This document shows positions 12,153 through 22,814 of a DNA stretch of 37,572 nt, piece by piece. The DNA is from Catajapyx aquilonaris (taxonomy: Eukaryota): positions 124,001-161,572 of the forward strand of contig KZ538037.1 of the NCBI GenBank assembly GCA_000934665.2, read 5' to 3'. Numbering within the stretch: the first letter of the stretch is position 1; each line of letters starts with the position of its first letter. The translations under genes and the position numbers were made by a program. A model generated the notes under the pieces. That model was not told where the DNA came from. It worked only from the letters and a program-made list of their open reading frames with translations, and did not search any database.

Positions 12153-12593
12153 TGGGCTGCTTCAGCTCCCTTGGAGTCTGTCCCTTGCACCTAATTGTTG
12201 GTGTCTTGAGCAAGAAGGTGTGCAAGGATATCCTCCAAGATGTCATGTGGCCATTTGCAAGAAGTGCTTTTGACCAATATCTATACTGTATACCAGGATG
12301 ACAACGACCCAAAGCACTCCTCTGCTTTCGTCCGCACTTGGCTGAACCAGAAGAGGGTGGCCATAATGAACTGGGCAAGCCGATCTCCGGAGCCCAATCC
12401 GATCGAGCACTTATGGGAGGATCTGGGATGTCGTCTGAAGAACAAGAGAGCATCCAGTACAACCAATAAGTACAAGCAACTGAAGGTAGAATGAAAGAAG
12501 ATTGCACAATATTGGTGTTGGACGAGTTGGTCGTATATCAATTCCTCGCAGATGTCAAGCCGTCGTCAACGCCAAGGGTTATCAGACCAAGTA
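12153..12593 (+). pseudogene. Second copy of Tc1-like transposase C-terminal half (DD34E)
   Basis: GCFSSLGVCPLHLIVG..., then YQDDNDPKHSSAFVRTWLNQKRVAIMNWASRSPEPNPIEHLW with 34 residues between the catalytic D and E, ending PRRCQAVVNAKGYQTK*. Contains frameshifts and stops. Confidence 0.9.
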
Positions 12594-12928
12594 GTACAAG
12601 ATGTAATATAATTATGGCCACCCCTGTACGTACTATACATCAGGTGTGTACGAATAAATCTGCCAAAATGATATGGGTGGTAGAGGAAGCATATGGAAGA
12701 AGCATGGCATGCGGGTCTGAAAGCCATGCGACAACGCGACGTATGACGTAGACCATGTACAGTATATCCTGACTTAGCCTACTTACTTATACTGCATTAG
12801 AGTACAATAGAAAATTTAAGTCTATGGATGCACACACATCTGCTGCTCTATACAGTATTATATATGTATTCTTTTTATCTACTAGCATTTAATTCAAAAG
12901 TAGACAGACAGTTTGCTAAGAGATGGGC

Positions 12929-12930
<2 letters not shown>

Positions 12931-12986
<56 letters not shown>

Positions 12987-13005
12987 TGATGATGATGATG
13001 ATGAT
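12931..13005. repeat. (AAT)18(GAT)7 compound microsatellite (SINE tail)
   Basis: Read directly. Confidence 0.95.
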
Positions 13006-13087
13006 TGGGTATGTGGACCTCCCAACTGAGGAGGTATTGCACGGATCTGTATTTTTCTTTTTTAGGCTTGTGTAAAATGTGTCCATA

Positions 13088-13303
13088 CAGGGTGTTCCAT
13101 ATTCGTGGGTCACTTTTTGATAACTGATATCGTCCAATAGCAGTTATTTTTGCAGCTTATTGTTCCCCTAACCATGTGCTCCATTGTGGGTCGAATATAG
13201 CAGTAATGGGGCACATGGTTAGGGGCACAGCAAGCTACAAAAAATAACTGCTATCGGGCGATATCAGTTATCAAAAAGTGACCCACGAATATGAAACACC
13301 CTG
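13088..13303. mobile_element. 216-bp Tc1/mariner-type MITE nested in the SINE
   Basis: TA|CAGGGTGTTCCATATTCGTGGGTCACTTTTTGATAACTGATATCG ... CGATATCAGTTATCAAAAAGTGACCCACGAATATGAAACACCCTG|TA. Arms are about 95 bp with a short spacer. Confidence 0.93.
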
Positions 13304-13930
13304 TAAATTGGAACCATGTTGCGAATCGCCTGAGTCCGCGAGCAGGGTGACTGGCAGGGGATGTGCAAGATGCAAGTGCAATGTATGTAACGGTACATTT
13401 TGTGAACTCCCCCGGGTGGATTAGTCTACCGGAGATTCCACCCGAGACGAAGCCAGAGACAACCCAACTCTGCACGAGATGATGGGGGGAGACCCCGGAC
13501 TGGGATCGAACCCGGGACCTGACATCCGTGGGCGCATATACGTTACCGCAGCGCCACTCCGCCTCCCCTGATGGGCATTATATGAAACATTCTGTACAGA
13601 TGATTGTAGGCTATATTGATGACTAATTGTACATGTAAATGATGGATAACTAATTGGTAAACGAGGAAGGTGTCACTAAAATGGTTTTGCAATTTTTATT
13701 CGAATGGAACCGTCTATAAGGGAGCAGCAGACTTTGCAATTCGGTTATGAGTTTATGACTCAAATTATGAATGACAAAATATTAACTGATGATATTGAAA
13801 GAGCCGGTATACAATCGTAAGGTAAGGCGTAAGTGAAAAAACTCAAGGAACATACCGATTAATGCACCTGCGTATTCAATAGTATTATAGTGCAGAAAAG
13901 CTGGTATGAGAATGGCAAGTTGCACATGTA

Positions 13931-14073
13931 CTATATGGGGCTCAAATTGTTTTGGCCACTTTTTCCTGGTTTGAAGCAACCCTTCGCACAGGCCCCACGT
14001 TGAGCAGGTGTGCGTGTGTGAAGGGTTGCTTCAAGACCAGGATAAAGTGGCCAAAACAATTTGAGCTCCATAG
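13931..14073. mobile_element. 143-bp hairpin MITE, TA-flanked
   Basis: Arms CTATATGGGGCTCAAATTGTTTTGGCCACTTTTTCCTGGTTTGAAGCAACCCTTCGCACA (13931-13990) and TGTGTGAAGGGTTGCTTCAAGACCAGGATAAAGTGGCCAAAACAATTTGAGCTCCATAG (14015-14073) are near-perfect reverse complements, with TA on both sides. Confidence 0.85.
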
Positions 14074-14272
14074 TACGTAGGCCTATGTACGCAACAAATA
14101 AGCTGAGAAAGCGAAATGGACAGGAAAGATCCAACGTTCGCTCCCAATCCTTTGGATTCCCTTTTTTATTATACTGTAGTGCACCACCACACTGGGTAAT
14201 GTATACCGGTGCATACAAAATACCAATAATAAAGCTAAGGAACTTTCACCTACCCCCCCCCCCCCCCCCCCC

Positions 14273-14523
14273 NNNNNNNNNNNNNNNNNNNNNNNNNNNN
14301 NNNNNNNNNNNNNNNNNNNNNNNNNNNNNNNNNNNNNNNNNNNNNNNNNNNNNNNNNNNNNNNNNNNNNNNNNNNNNNNNNNNNNNNNNNNNNNNNNNNN
14401 NNNNNNNNNNNNNNNNNNNNNNNNNNNNNNNNNNNNNNNNNNNNNNNNNNNNNNNNNNNNNNNNNNNNNNNNNNNNNNNNNNNNNNNNNNNNNNNNNNNN
14501 NNNNNNNNNNNNNNNNNNNNNNN
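14273..14523. other. Assembly gap flanked by poly-C
   Basis: N run between C20 (14253-14272) and C16 (14524-14539). Confidence 0.95.
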
Positions 14524-14589
14524 CCCCCCCCCCCCCCCCACTAGAAGCTAAAAGAAGACACTTGATATTCTAGTTCCTATTATTATTGC

Positions 14590-14591
<2 letters not shown>

Positions 14592-14661
<70 letters not shown>
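14592..14661. repeat. (TAT)n microsatellite, ~23 units
   Basis: Read directly. Confidence 0.95.
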
Positions 14662-16025
14662 GGTGTTGTTGTATGTGGACATGCAATTTTGCATGCACGT
14701 AATCAGATAATTAGTCACCTTGATGGAGAAAGCGTCATTTACATCTTATCCGTCTCCATGTTATGAATGATGCTCCCTTATAAGGGAAAGAACGTGAAGA
14801 ATAACCCCACAGTACGTTGTACGATATTAATTATTAGGCCAATGATTTGTGATGGTTGTTAAAAGAGAAATACAGCTTCCTCCTTGGCGATCGAAGCATT
14901 ACTAGCTGGCCCTGACCAACTGTAGAGAGGGTGGGGGGGGGGGGNGGGGGGAACACAGCATTTTGCGGCGTCATGCACTTTGATTTCTTTTGCCGGTGAA
15001 CGAGGACGAATATTCGCGTCATCGCCCAACTCAATTGTGCGCTTCTGAGGTACCGGTACTGGAATGTATAAAAGTACGCCTACACATAAGTGCGAATAGT
15101 TGCCACTGTTGTCTGCGTCGTTGACCTTTTTTGCCGGATTCTTCAGGGCAAACAAGTATAGAAGATCAACCCCCATCCTTCTATTCAATTCCCCCCTTCT
15201 TTTCCAATCACTTATCCAAGAGGGGGGGGTGAGGAAACGTGATTGGATGACTTGAGCAGCAACTATATCTGTCGTCTCCAAGGAAAAGTTGTAGCCAGTC
15301 TTTGGACCTTGGGAAGCCTTATTAACAATGGGAGTCAGGATCTGGATTCAAATTACTAATTGGCTCCTTTTTTGTGCTGGGGACTAGTAAAGTGTCAGCA
15401 TGAGATGGGATCAATGCAACGTTGAAATTGCATGGGGGTGTATACGCCGATTTTCTTTGCACGTGTCGAGTTGAATAGGGATACTGGTAGGACTTCGAAC
15501 TGTTATATAATCGGTAACACACACAAAAAAAATTATTTTCTTCATCTTCTTGGAAGAAAAGAAAATGCTTGCGACGCACTAGACAGTCAAGGCTGTTCTG
15601 CAGGCCTGGGAGTTCCACCCATTTATGTCCAAAGGTGACGAAGTGTTCGAGACATTTATGCGAATCCGAAATGACGAATGAGCTTGCGTAAAAATTCCGC
15701 CTGGAAATATACTTCCCAAATTAATATTCGGAGCCAGCCATCTAGGTTTGTAAACCGTGTCAACCCCCCTCCCTTCCACCAGGAGATATTTATAATCGGG
15801 CATTTTTCTACCCTAGCTACAACGACAATGAGGTAAAAGTGAGCACAGATTTGGCCACGATAAGGAAACTCTTTGGCCATATATGACCCTCATTGTGGGC
15901 CGGATGCTTCCAAAAAGGCTTTGGGAGAAGGCGGGGTGGGGTAAAGTTTGGAGCGGACTCCAACTTGCGACATGCCATTAATGTCACTTCCCTTCGCTTT
16001 TTAGTGACGACACGAAAGAGCTACC

Positions 16026-16049
16026 GTGTGTGTGCGTGTGTGTGTGTGT
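16026..16049. repeat. (GT)n microsatellite
   Basis: GTGTGTGTGCGTGTGTGTGTGTGT. Confidence 0.9.
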
Positions 16050-17417
16050 AGCGGCCTGCACAAGTAGGGACGCCTTTACGATCTTCTAGCATATACAGTA
16101 GAATAGGTCAGGTTCCCCTCTAGCTCTCTTTCCCCCCCCCTCCTTTTTGACGTGTGGTCAACAATGCTGGTTAAGAGCCTCACCGCACTCCTATTGTCCA
16201 GAAGAGGGCCATTAACATATCTCACTTTCCGCATTAAGTGACACCTGCAAACCTGAAAACGATGCAGTCAAGGTTCACGCTTGGTTTTTAATGCTGCTCT
16301 TACCAACTACTGTGCATCCTAAAAATGATGTTTGTAAACACTGCAGATAGTCGCGTTTGGATGGTATCTACCCCCAAAAAAACGCCTTGTCTCTCTCTTT
16401 TTTTTTCTAAACACGATTTTTTCCTTGAGCTATCCTCTTGTGAATGACCGTTTGCAGCAAAAGCGTTTCCTCCCCCTCCTCTTAGCTTTCCCACGGAAAT
16501 TGAACTGGGGACTTTAGTACCCCGAGTTCTCTCTTAGCTTGGTCGCCCATCCCTTTCTTTGCCAGCGAGTTTTATCATGCTATAGGCTTCCCAACTTGCT
16601 TTATCCCAATTGTTTCAGGTCCAAAAGATCGATCGGATGTAACGGGAGCCAAGAATCAGCATAGCAAGAAAACGAGATTCGCAAACTGAACTGATGGCCG
16701 TCTTTGCAAAAACCGAAGGTTTTTTTTTTGCCTATGGTGGTATAGAGGGGGGGCCTATAGGAAGGGCTCATCATATCGAGTCGGGAATACAAGATGGCCG
16801 CCGGTACGATGGCATCGATTTTGTTCCTGGAAATGGGGAGGAGGGGAATGTGGTGGGGGAAGGCAGGGAGGCTGGGACCCGCGCAATCTACTCAGTTTTC
16901 CTCCATTCTGCTCATCTCACCGCCATCACTATCGGACAAGCCTTGATTCCAGGCTTCCCCTGGTAGAAAAGGATACCGTGCTTTTTTCGCGTGAAATGAT
17001 TTCGATTGGATTTATGAACTTGGGTCTGAGACGTGCATAGGTTGGGGGGAAACAAATAAATTCTTAACTGATGGCATGGCACAGGTCAAAAACTGGAGGG
17101 TTTCCGGTTTCTACGAGTTGGGGAGCAGGCGTGACGGGGTCTTCGGGTCAAATTCGCGCTGAAATGCACATGCACATGTAGGGATAGTTTGTATCATGAG
17201 GAGTTGCTTCCGTAGTTGCTGTGTGTTAGTATTTTGCTGGCGGTGTAGTCATTTATGCGAATTAAAGTTTTTGATTTATAATTTTTTTAAAACAATACAG
17301 GGTGGTGCAATGGCCAATTCTCAAAGATTGTCCAGCTTAAAAAGAAGCAACCGGTTGTTCTTTCTTTTAAAACTGGTTGTTAAGATAACAATGCATTTCA
17401 TCTCTCCCTTTCTTTCT

Positions 17418-17473
17418 CTAAGAAATTTATAAGCTCACTGTTATATATAACAGTGAGCTTATAAATTTCTTAG
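17418..17473. repeat. Perfect 56-bp spacerless palindrome
   Basis: CTAAGAAATTTATAAGCTCACTGTTATA|TATAACAGTGAGCTTATAAATTTCTTAG. Confidence 0.95.
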
Positions 17474-20400
17474 GGATGACAGCATAATGCGGTATCAGCT
17501 GGTAACATTTAAAATCCTTCGAGCCTAATGTAGTATTGCAGACTTAGCAGTAAATACGGTAAACACAACAACGAGAGGCATGCCAGGGTCAAGTACAACC
17601 ATTAAGCATATTATGCCTAGTGTTAATGAGAAACGCCACCAAAATAACAACAGAAAGTGAATCCATCCATATGCTATTTTACAAGGCAGTTTGTATGTGC
17701 CTTATTTTCTGGCCATTTATTTACGTAAACACTGGATTTTAAGTGCAACCACCTGATGGGTATGACCTTAGAATTGTGGGGCAAATATGCAGCACGGTGT
17801 TCCAAACATAGCCTATACTGCTTATACTAACAGACGTCCCTGCTGGATACCCATGAGTGACCAACTTTCATATCCGGTTTTGTATTTGGGGAATGGAACA
17901 TTCTATTCCAGTATATCCCATGTGAAATTAGGCATTTTAATATTCGACATATACCAATCACAAGCATTGCATAAATTCTGGTGTAATTTTAATTGCAATG
18001 AGAGAAACATCAATTATATTTGTAACAGTGCATAGTGGTGCCATATTATTCTTGTCGGCAATAGTGCTTCTTGTAGGTAATACCATCCTGAGCCAACACT
18101 GTGTTAGGTATATGATATAATACGCCTCATATACTGTTGGTCATATGGGACAATGCTAACATTGCTAAGAGACAGAAAGGCATGACTGCAACTAACAGAG
18201 TTGGCTCATGTGACCTAGAGGGTTGACCTAGTCAACTGCAAAATAAGGAACCCCCAACCATGCGACGCTTGAAAAAATAAACGAAGAAATGGAGCCACTG
18301 CTTGTTCTCCCGCTTGCCTTCTGCCTACCGGATGAGCAGTTATGATGTCACGCGTGGGTGAGCGAGCTACGCCCCATTTTCGCAGTCAGGAATCTTTGAT
18401 GAAGCTTGTTTTGTATACATGGTGTATATACAGTATGTGATGCTCGCACTTTGTGGAAGAGCCATTTGTGTGTTTTGTATGGCGAAAATTCCACATTCCA
18501 GGCAAGTCTAGCTCCCCCATTGCATTGCAGGAGTAAATTAATTCTTTTCATACAGTTGCCAACTGATGCATGTAGTCCATGAAGTCCGTATTGTTAAGTC
18601 CCATATGAAATCCTAATGTCACTTTTCTAGTATTCGAGTCTTATAACAACATTAATATTGATTAGCATAAATACGTCATTATTAGTTGCATATAAATTAA
18701 TGACGTAATTTTGTATAGCCCCTGGATTGGACGCTGACATATTAAATTCGGCCTTAACCTGAGGGATCCTGTTCCCCTTCCCCTATCGTAATGCACAGTA
18801 ACATGGGAATGCCACTCCCTCTCACTAATATCATTACATAATTTATGGACTGGTAAATGCCTCAGTCATATTGTTGGTTTGAAATAGTATTTTGCAACAC
18901 TATCACACACGATTCATCGGCACTACTTGAAGAAAACAAACTCATAATAACTATCAGTACGTGATCATTTAAATTATATGTTAATAGGAAACATTCTGTA
19001 TAATATAACGGTTATTAAATTACTATTAGTACGAGTCCTTGTAAGAAACGTATCTGAAATTACTAAAATCCGTATTGGTCAGCGAAGTTACCTTCAGATT
19101 GACATGTGATTTTTATTTGATTATAAAGACGCTATTTTTTCGCATGGTTACTACAGCATTAACATTGTTGCAAAAAATACCCAAAAGCTGCAATGACTTT
19201 AGTGAACAATGTCTGATCAATATGTACGCTGGGTTCACCGTATGTAAATGCAAGTGCTTAAAATTGTTAGTAAGCTGTGGTCCCGATGTTTATACTACGC
19301 CTATTTTATGGCTTCTGCAAAAAAGGGTGCAAATAACATTAGTTAGACCCCTGTTAGTGAACAGTGTGCAAGTGTGACACATCCCAGACAAAAGCAGCCA
19401 ATGATTCCAACGCGTGCCTATACTGGTCGAAATCATAACATTGCATTTGACCCTCAAAAACCGGTCCAAATTAGTTTAAAAAAAATCTGTAATATTGTTC
19501 ATTATTGGAAAAGGTCCACCATTGGAATGCCAGCTAAAGTATAAGTTGGTGGCATTCTATCTTGTTAATTACAAGCTGATTAATTATGCTAGGAGTTGTT
19601 GACAATATTTAACTAGTATGCCGGTCACGCCATTGTTGTCGTCGTGTGAGGTCGCCATTTGCATTTTCAGTTTTCGCCACCCTGGCGGCCAGTGTTGTGA
19701 AGTAGTAATAACGGTCTTTGACTTGTTGTCTGCCATGTTGTGATTGGATTCTGGTTTGGACAAGTTGGAGACATTTTGGACCTAGCTGAAAGAGGGGGGG
19801 AAAAATGACAAGGGTGGATCTTCCAGTATGGTTTAGCCAGTAATGCGAGACCCTGGACAAGCAGAGTCGGTCTGCCATTGGACGATCAGGTCGAGTTGGA
19901 AGGTTTGGCCAAAAAAGGGCTGGCAGGTAGAGGGGTGGTCTAGTGTGGTGGGGTGGAAGGTTTGCTGCCCCCAGCATGATTATACACCCGAAGCCCCTGT
20001 GTTATTAGCGTCCATCTTGGGAGACATTTCCTGCCTAACTTATAATCCTGCCCGGATCATTGAAAAAAAAGTAGAGAAGAAGGGGAAAAAATAGAGAACC
20101 GGACCTTCGCTCCTCTATCATAATAAACACATCGGCGGTACATGTAAAAGGGCAGAAATTATCGCGTTGTGGAAAAAGAGCCGACGACTACTCATCGCAT
20201 TTCTCTGTCTTCTTATTCTTGGAGAGGAAAAAAAATTGGAGGGCTTTTCTCACGCCACGTGATTACAACGGAACAGGCATCGAAGTATAGCAGCAGTGTG
20301 ATAAATGGCCAGTCTTCCCCAAGGCCTTGTTGCTTTTTTCTCTCTCTCTTAAGAATGGTTTTACCAACCCTTCTAGGCGTATATATAACCAGTTTAATGT

Positions 20401-21049
20401 TGTTCTTTATTAAAATATCGGACTATTTAGTAACGGTATCAGCTGTGGGTTTAGATAAATTGATAGTCAAATTATTGTGTTCATCATTGTGAACTAATTA
20501 TTTTAATGACAGCGATCGAAGATTGACTTTTTTTTTACAAATTAAGAGAATAATAATAGGATGTGTTGCCAACAGTTGGAATTTTTACCCGAATGTCGTT
20601 TGGCCATCCTTTTTTTTGTAATGTGTTAAGTACTTTATCTATTTCAGAATTTCCAACATGGAAACTGTACAACTTAGGCTATACATACCGTAGTAAACAC
20701 TGCATGTCCAGCAACCTGCTTCTGTTAATCAGGATTTCTCCATAAGCTTTCACAGTGTTACCATAATAACTAATATTGTTGACAGCCCTCTAGCTAATTA
20801 TCAGTAGACTAAAAATCCGACCATTACATTCTTGTAATATTACTTGAATATCACATGCAAATATTACCTGCCACTCTTGTAATTAACCAAATCGCTAATT
20901 ACAATAAAATTTGATCCCTGCTCACTATCAGAAAGTTGGATGAACAAAATATCTAGATATCCCACCGCATTGTTAGGCATCCCTCGAAAGTTCCTCGGGG
21001 TCCCAATGTATGTGTGTGGCATTGGGCGAGAGTCCGCATCTGCGCAGGG

Positions 21050-21620
21050 CCCTCCATGGTTGAAGAGGGGAAGGGAGGAGGGTGGATTTTACGGGAGTGG
21101 GAGGATGGAGCGGTGGTGGCGGCGGGGTCTGAAGAGAGGCCTGTAACATCAGGCACAGCGTTCTAGGCCTACTCAGTGAACAAGGTGCGCCTGAGAGAGC
21201 CAGTCTCCCCCTGGTGAAAGGAAGGGGTTTTAGGGGGGGTTTGCCGACAGAGGGGGTTCACAGCAAGGGCAACAGGCGGCGGGCTATTTTTTTAACAATT
21301 GGGGGGTCGTACCCCCCCATAGGTTGTCACCACCGGCCGGCGACACAGGTGCGATTTTGCTCAATTTCCGTATTATTTGCGATGGACGCACGTGGACTAT
21401 CCCCCCCCCTCCCCGCTTCCTCCCCCTCCCTCCGATTCCCCCACCTTCGACAGTCTACCCCGTTGCCGACTACACCCAGAGTCACAGTGCATGCTGAGGC
21501 GTAACCGCGAGAAGTACTCGCCGCTATTGGGCCAGGCCCCTACTTCCTGTGGTGATCCTCTTTCATCTGACTACACCTGCTTCTGTACTTGTGTTGTGTT
21601 GTGCTGTGTTTTTGGCTAGT
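21050..21620 (+). promoter_or_regulatory. GC/CpG-rich putative second promoter and 5' UTR start
   Basis: G-rich tract (21060-21130), then a C-rich tract (21400-21445), CpG enrichment, Inr-like ACAGTC (21450-21455) and TCAGTG (21173-21178), followed by GTG-rich UTR-like sequence and a downstream donor. No exactly spaced full DPE was found. Confidence 0.4.
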
Positions 21621-21848
21621 GTTTCTCTTAATTTTTTTTATTTAACCCGTACTATCGACGAAGAGGATACGGATTTTTGGGATATTTTGATAGAAGTTTC
21701 TTTCTAAAACGCGATTCATGCATAATTCTTGTTCTTTGGGGACGGAAATTTGCCACTAATAACATTGCTTTTTTTAATGTACCGACATTTTGGCATGTCA
21801 ACTAAGTTGTGTGTTTCAAAGCAGTACCTTCTGTTTCTAAAATTGCAG

Positions 21849-21897
21849 GGCTGGCCAGCGAAGAGATGGACTAGGCGTCTTCTTGTACGTCTCAAAG
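21849..21897 (+). other. Putative 49-nt non-coding exon (or 3' end of a longer first exon)
   Basis: Acceptor CCTTCTGTTTCTAAAATTGCAG|, donor AAG|GTCAGT (21898-21903). Contains a minimal uORF ATG-GAC-TAG. Confidence 0.4.
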
Positions 21898-22798
21898 GTC
21901 AGTAACTCCTGTGTATTATCTTGGTGCCGGTGTGTGGACAGGGAATGTCGCTCAATATTTTTCTTGTCAACACCGTTCCATTTGGAATGGTGGCAATGAA
22001 TGTCGTGGAAGTGAATTTGTGGGGATCGGGAACCCGGATCTAGGTGCTTTCTAAATAAAACCAGGAATTCTTTAAAAAATCCCGGTTGGTGTGTCGTAAA
22101 TTGGTTAGTATGGTCGCTAGCTGCAATAGTGTGTATCTAGCCAAACAGCCGGGGTTGGCATCCAGCATGGCTCGTCTGTCCTCTCGTGGGAGACACCAGA
22201 ACTACGTCCTCGTGTTATGTACACAAGCGCACCGGTAGTGCAACGGTATGCCGAAAATATATAGGCCCAGGTTTTCAAATTTCCTCTGCAGCCACTGGTA
22301 GATTAGTCTCCCAAATGCGGCTCATTCGCGGCTTATTCATGGAGGATTTGAGGCTCTTAACCTGCGAGCGTAATGCTGCCTGCTCCAAGCCTTTCCCTTC
22401 TATAATTGCAACCAATGAAAGAGCCGAATAACTAGATGGAAATGATTCGAGTGTATCTCAGGGATCAGAATTTCAAGCCTTCCGGGTTTCCAATTTTGTT
22501 ATTCGACACTATAGGAAAGGGTTGAGCCGCAGTTGCGTAAGTGGTGGTTGAGCTCAAAATGCTGCTGGAATTTTCATCAAAAGGGCTGGTGCTGGACTAG
22601 TGGTGGTGGCAATGTCGTTAAAAGTAACACGATCTAGTGCAGCGCAAGGTTGTTGAAACATATGCCTTCCTAACCAACCAACTTGATGCTCTCTATATAA
22701 CTGGGCTGAATGCGGACACTGTTCCATTAATAATAAAGTAGGTGCTGAGCCAGGGCCAGATCATATTTCGTTTTTTTGACACCCGGGTTACCTTTCAG

Positions 22799-22814
22799 AA
22801 CATTGCAGGTGAGT
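22799..22814 (+). other. Candidate 10-nt microexon or recursive splice site
   Basis: TTTCGTTTTTTTGACACCCGGGTTACCTTTCAG|AACATTGCAG|GTGAGT: a perfect donor 10 nt after an acceptor. Confidence 0.35.

Larger units (their letters stand above)
11291..12626. mobile_element. Rearranged Tc1-family DNA transposon with inverted duplication of the transposase 3' half
   Basis: TIRs C-GTGGTGGCCATAATTATATTA (11291-11312) and TAATATAATTATGGCCACCCCTG (12604-12626), each flanked by TA. Internal inverted arms at ~11558-11979 and ~12153-12604. Tc1 transposase motifs are present on both strands. Confidence 0.92.
12931..13569 (-). mobile_element. Full-length tRNA-derived SINE (interrupted by a MITE)
   Basis: Minus-strand head with A box TGGCGCTGCGG (13546-13556) and B box GGTTCGATCCC (13502-13512). 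3' stem-loop ACCTCC-TCAGTTG-GGAGGT (13017-13035), (ATC)7(ATT)18 tail, and 9-bp TSD GATGGGCAT at 12922-12930 and 13570-13578. Confidence 0.88.

Noticed and set aside
11776..12507. 243-aa ORF, the longest in the window
   Set aside because: It is a chimera of the foldback. The N-terminal half is the antisense of the right arm and only the C-terminal half is transposase. It lacks the DNA-binding domain and the in-frame second D and E.
12916..13137. ORF with a poly-Ile tract
   Set aside because: Translation of the (ATC)(ATT) SINE tail.
13490..13569. Possible tRNA gene
   Set aside because: A and B boxes are present, but there is no clean cloverleaf or poly-T terminator, and it continues into a SINE body with tail and TSD.
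15060..15080. TGGAATGTA resembles miR-1
   Set aside because: The 3' half diverges and the upstream arm pairs poorly.
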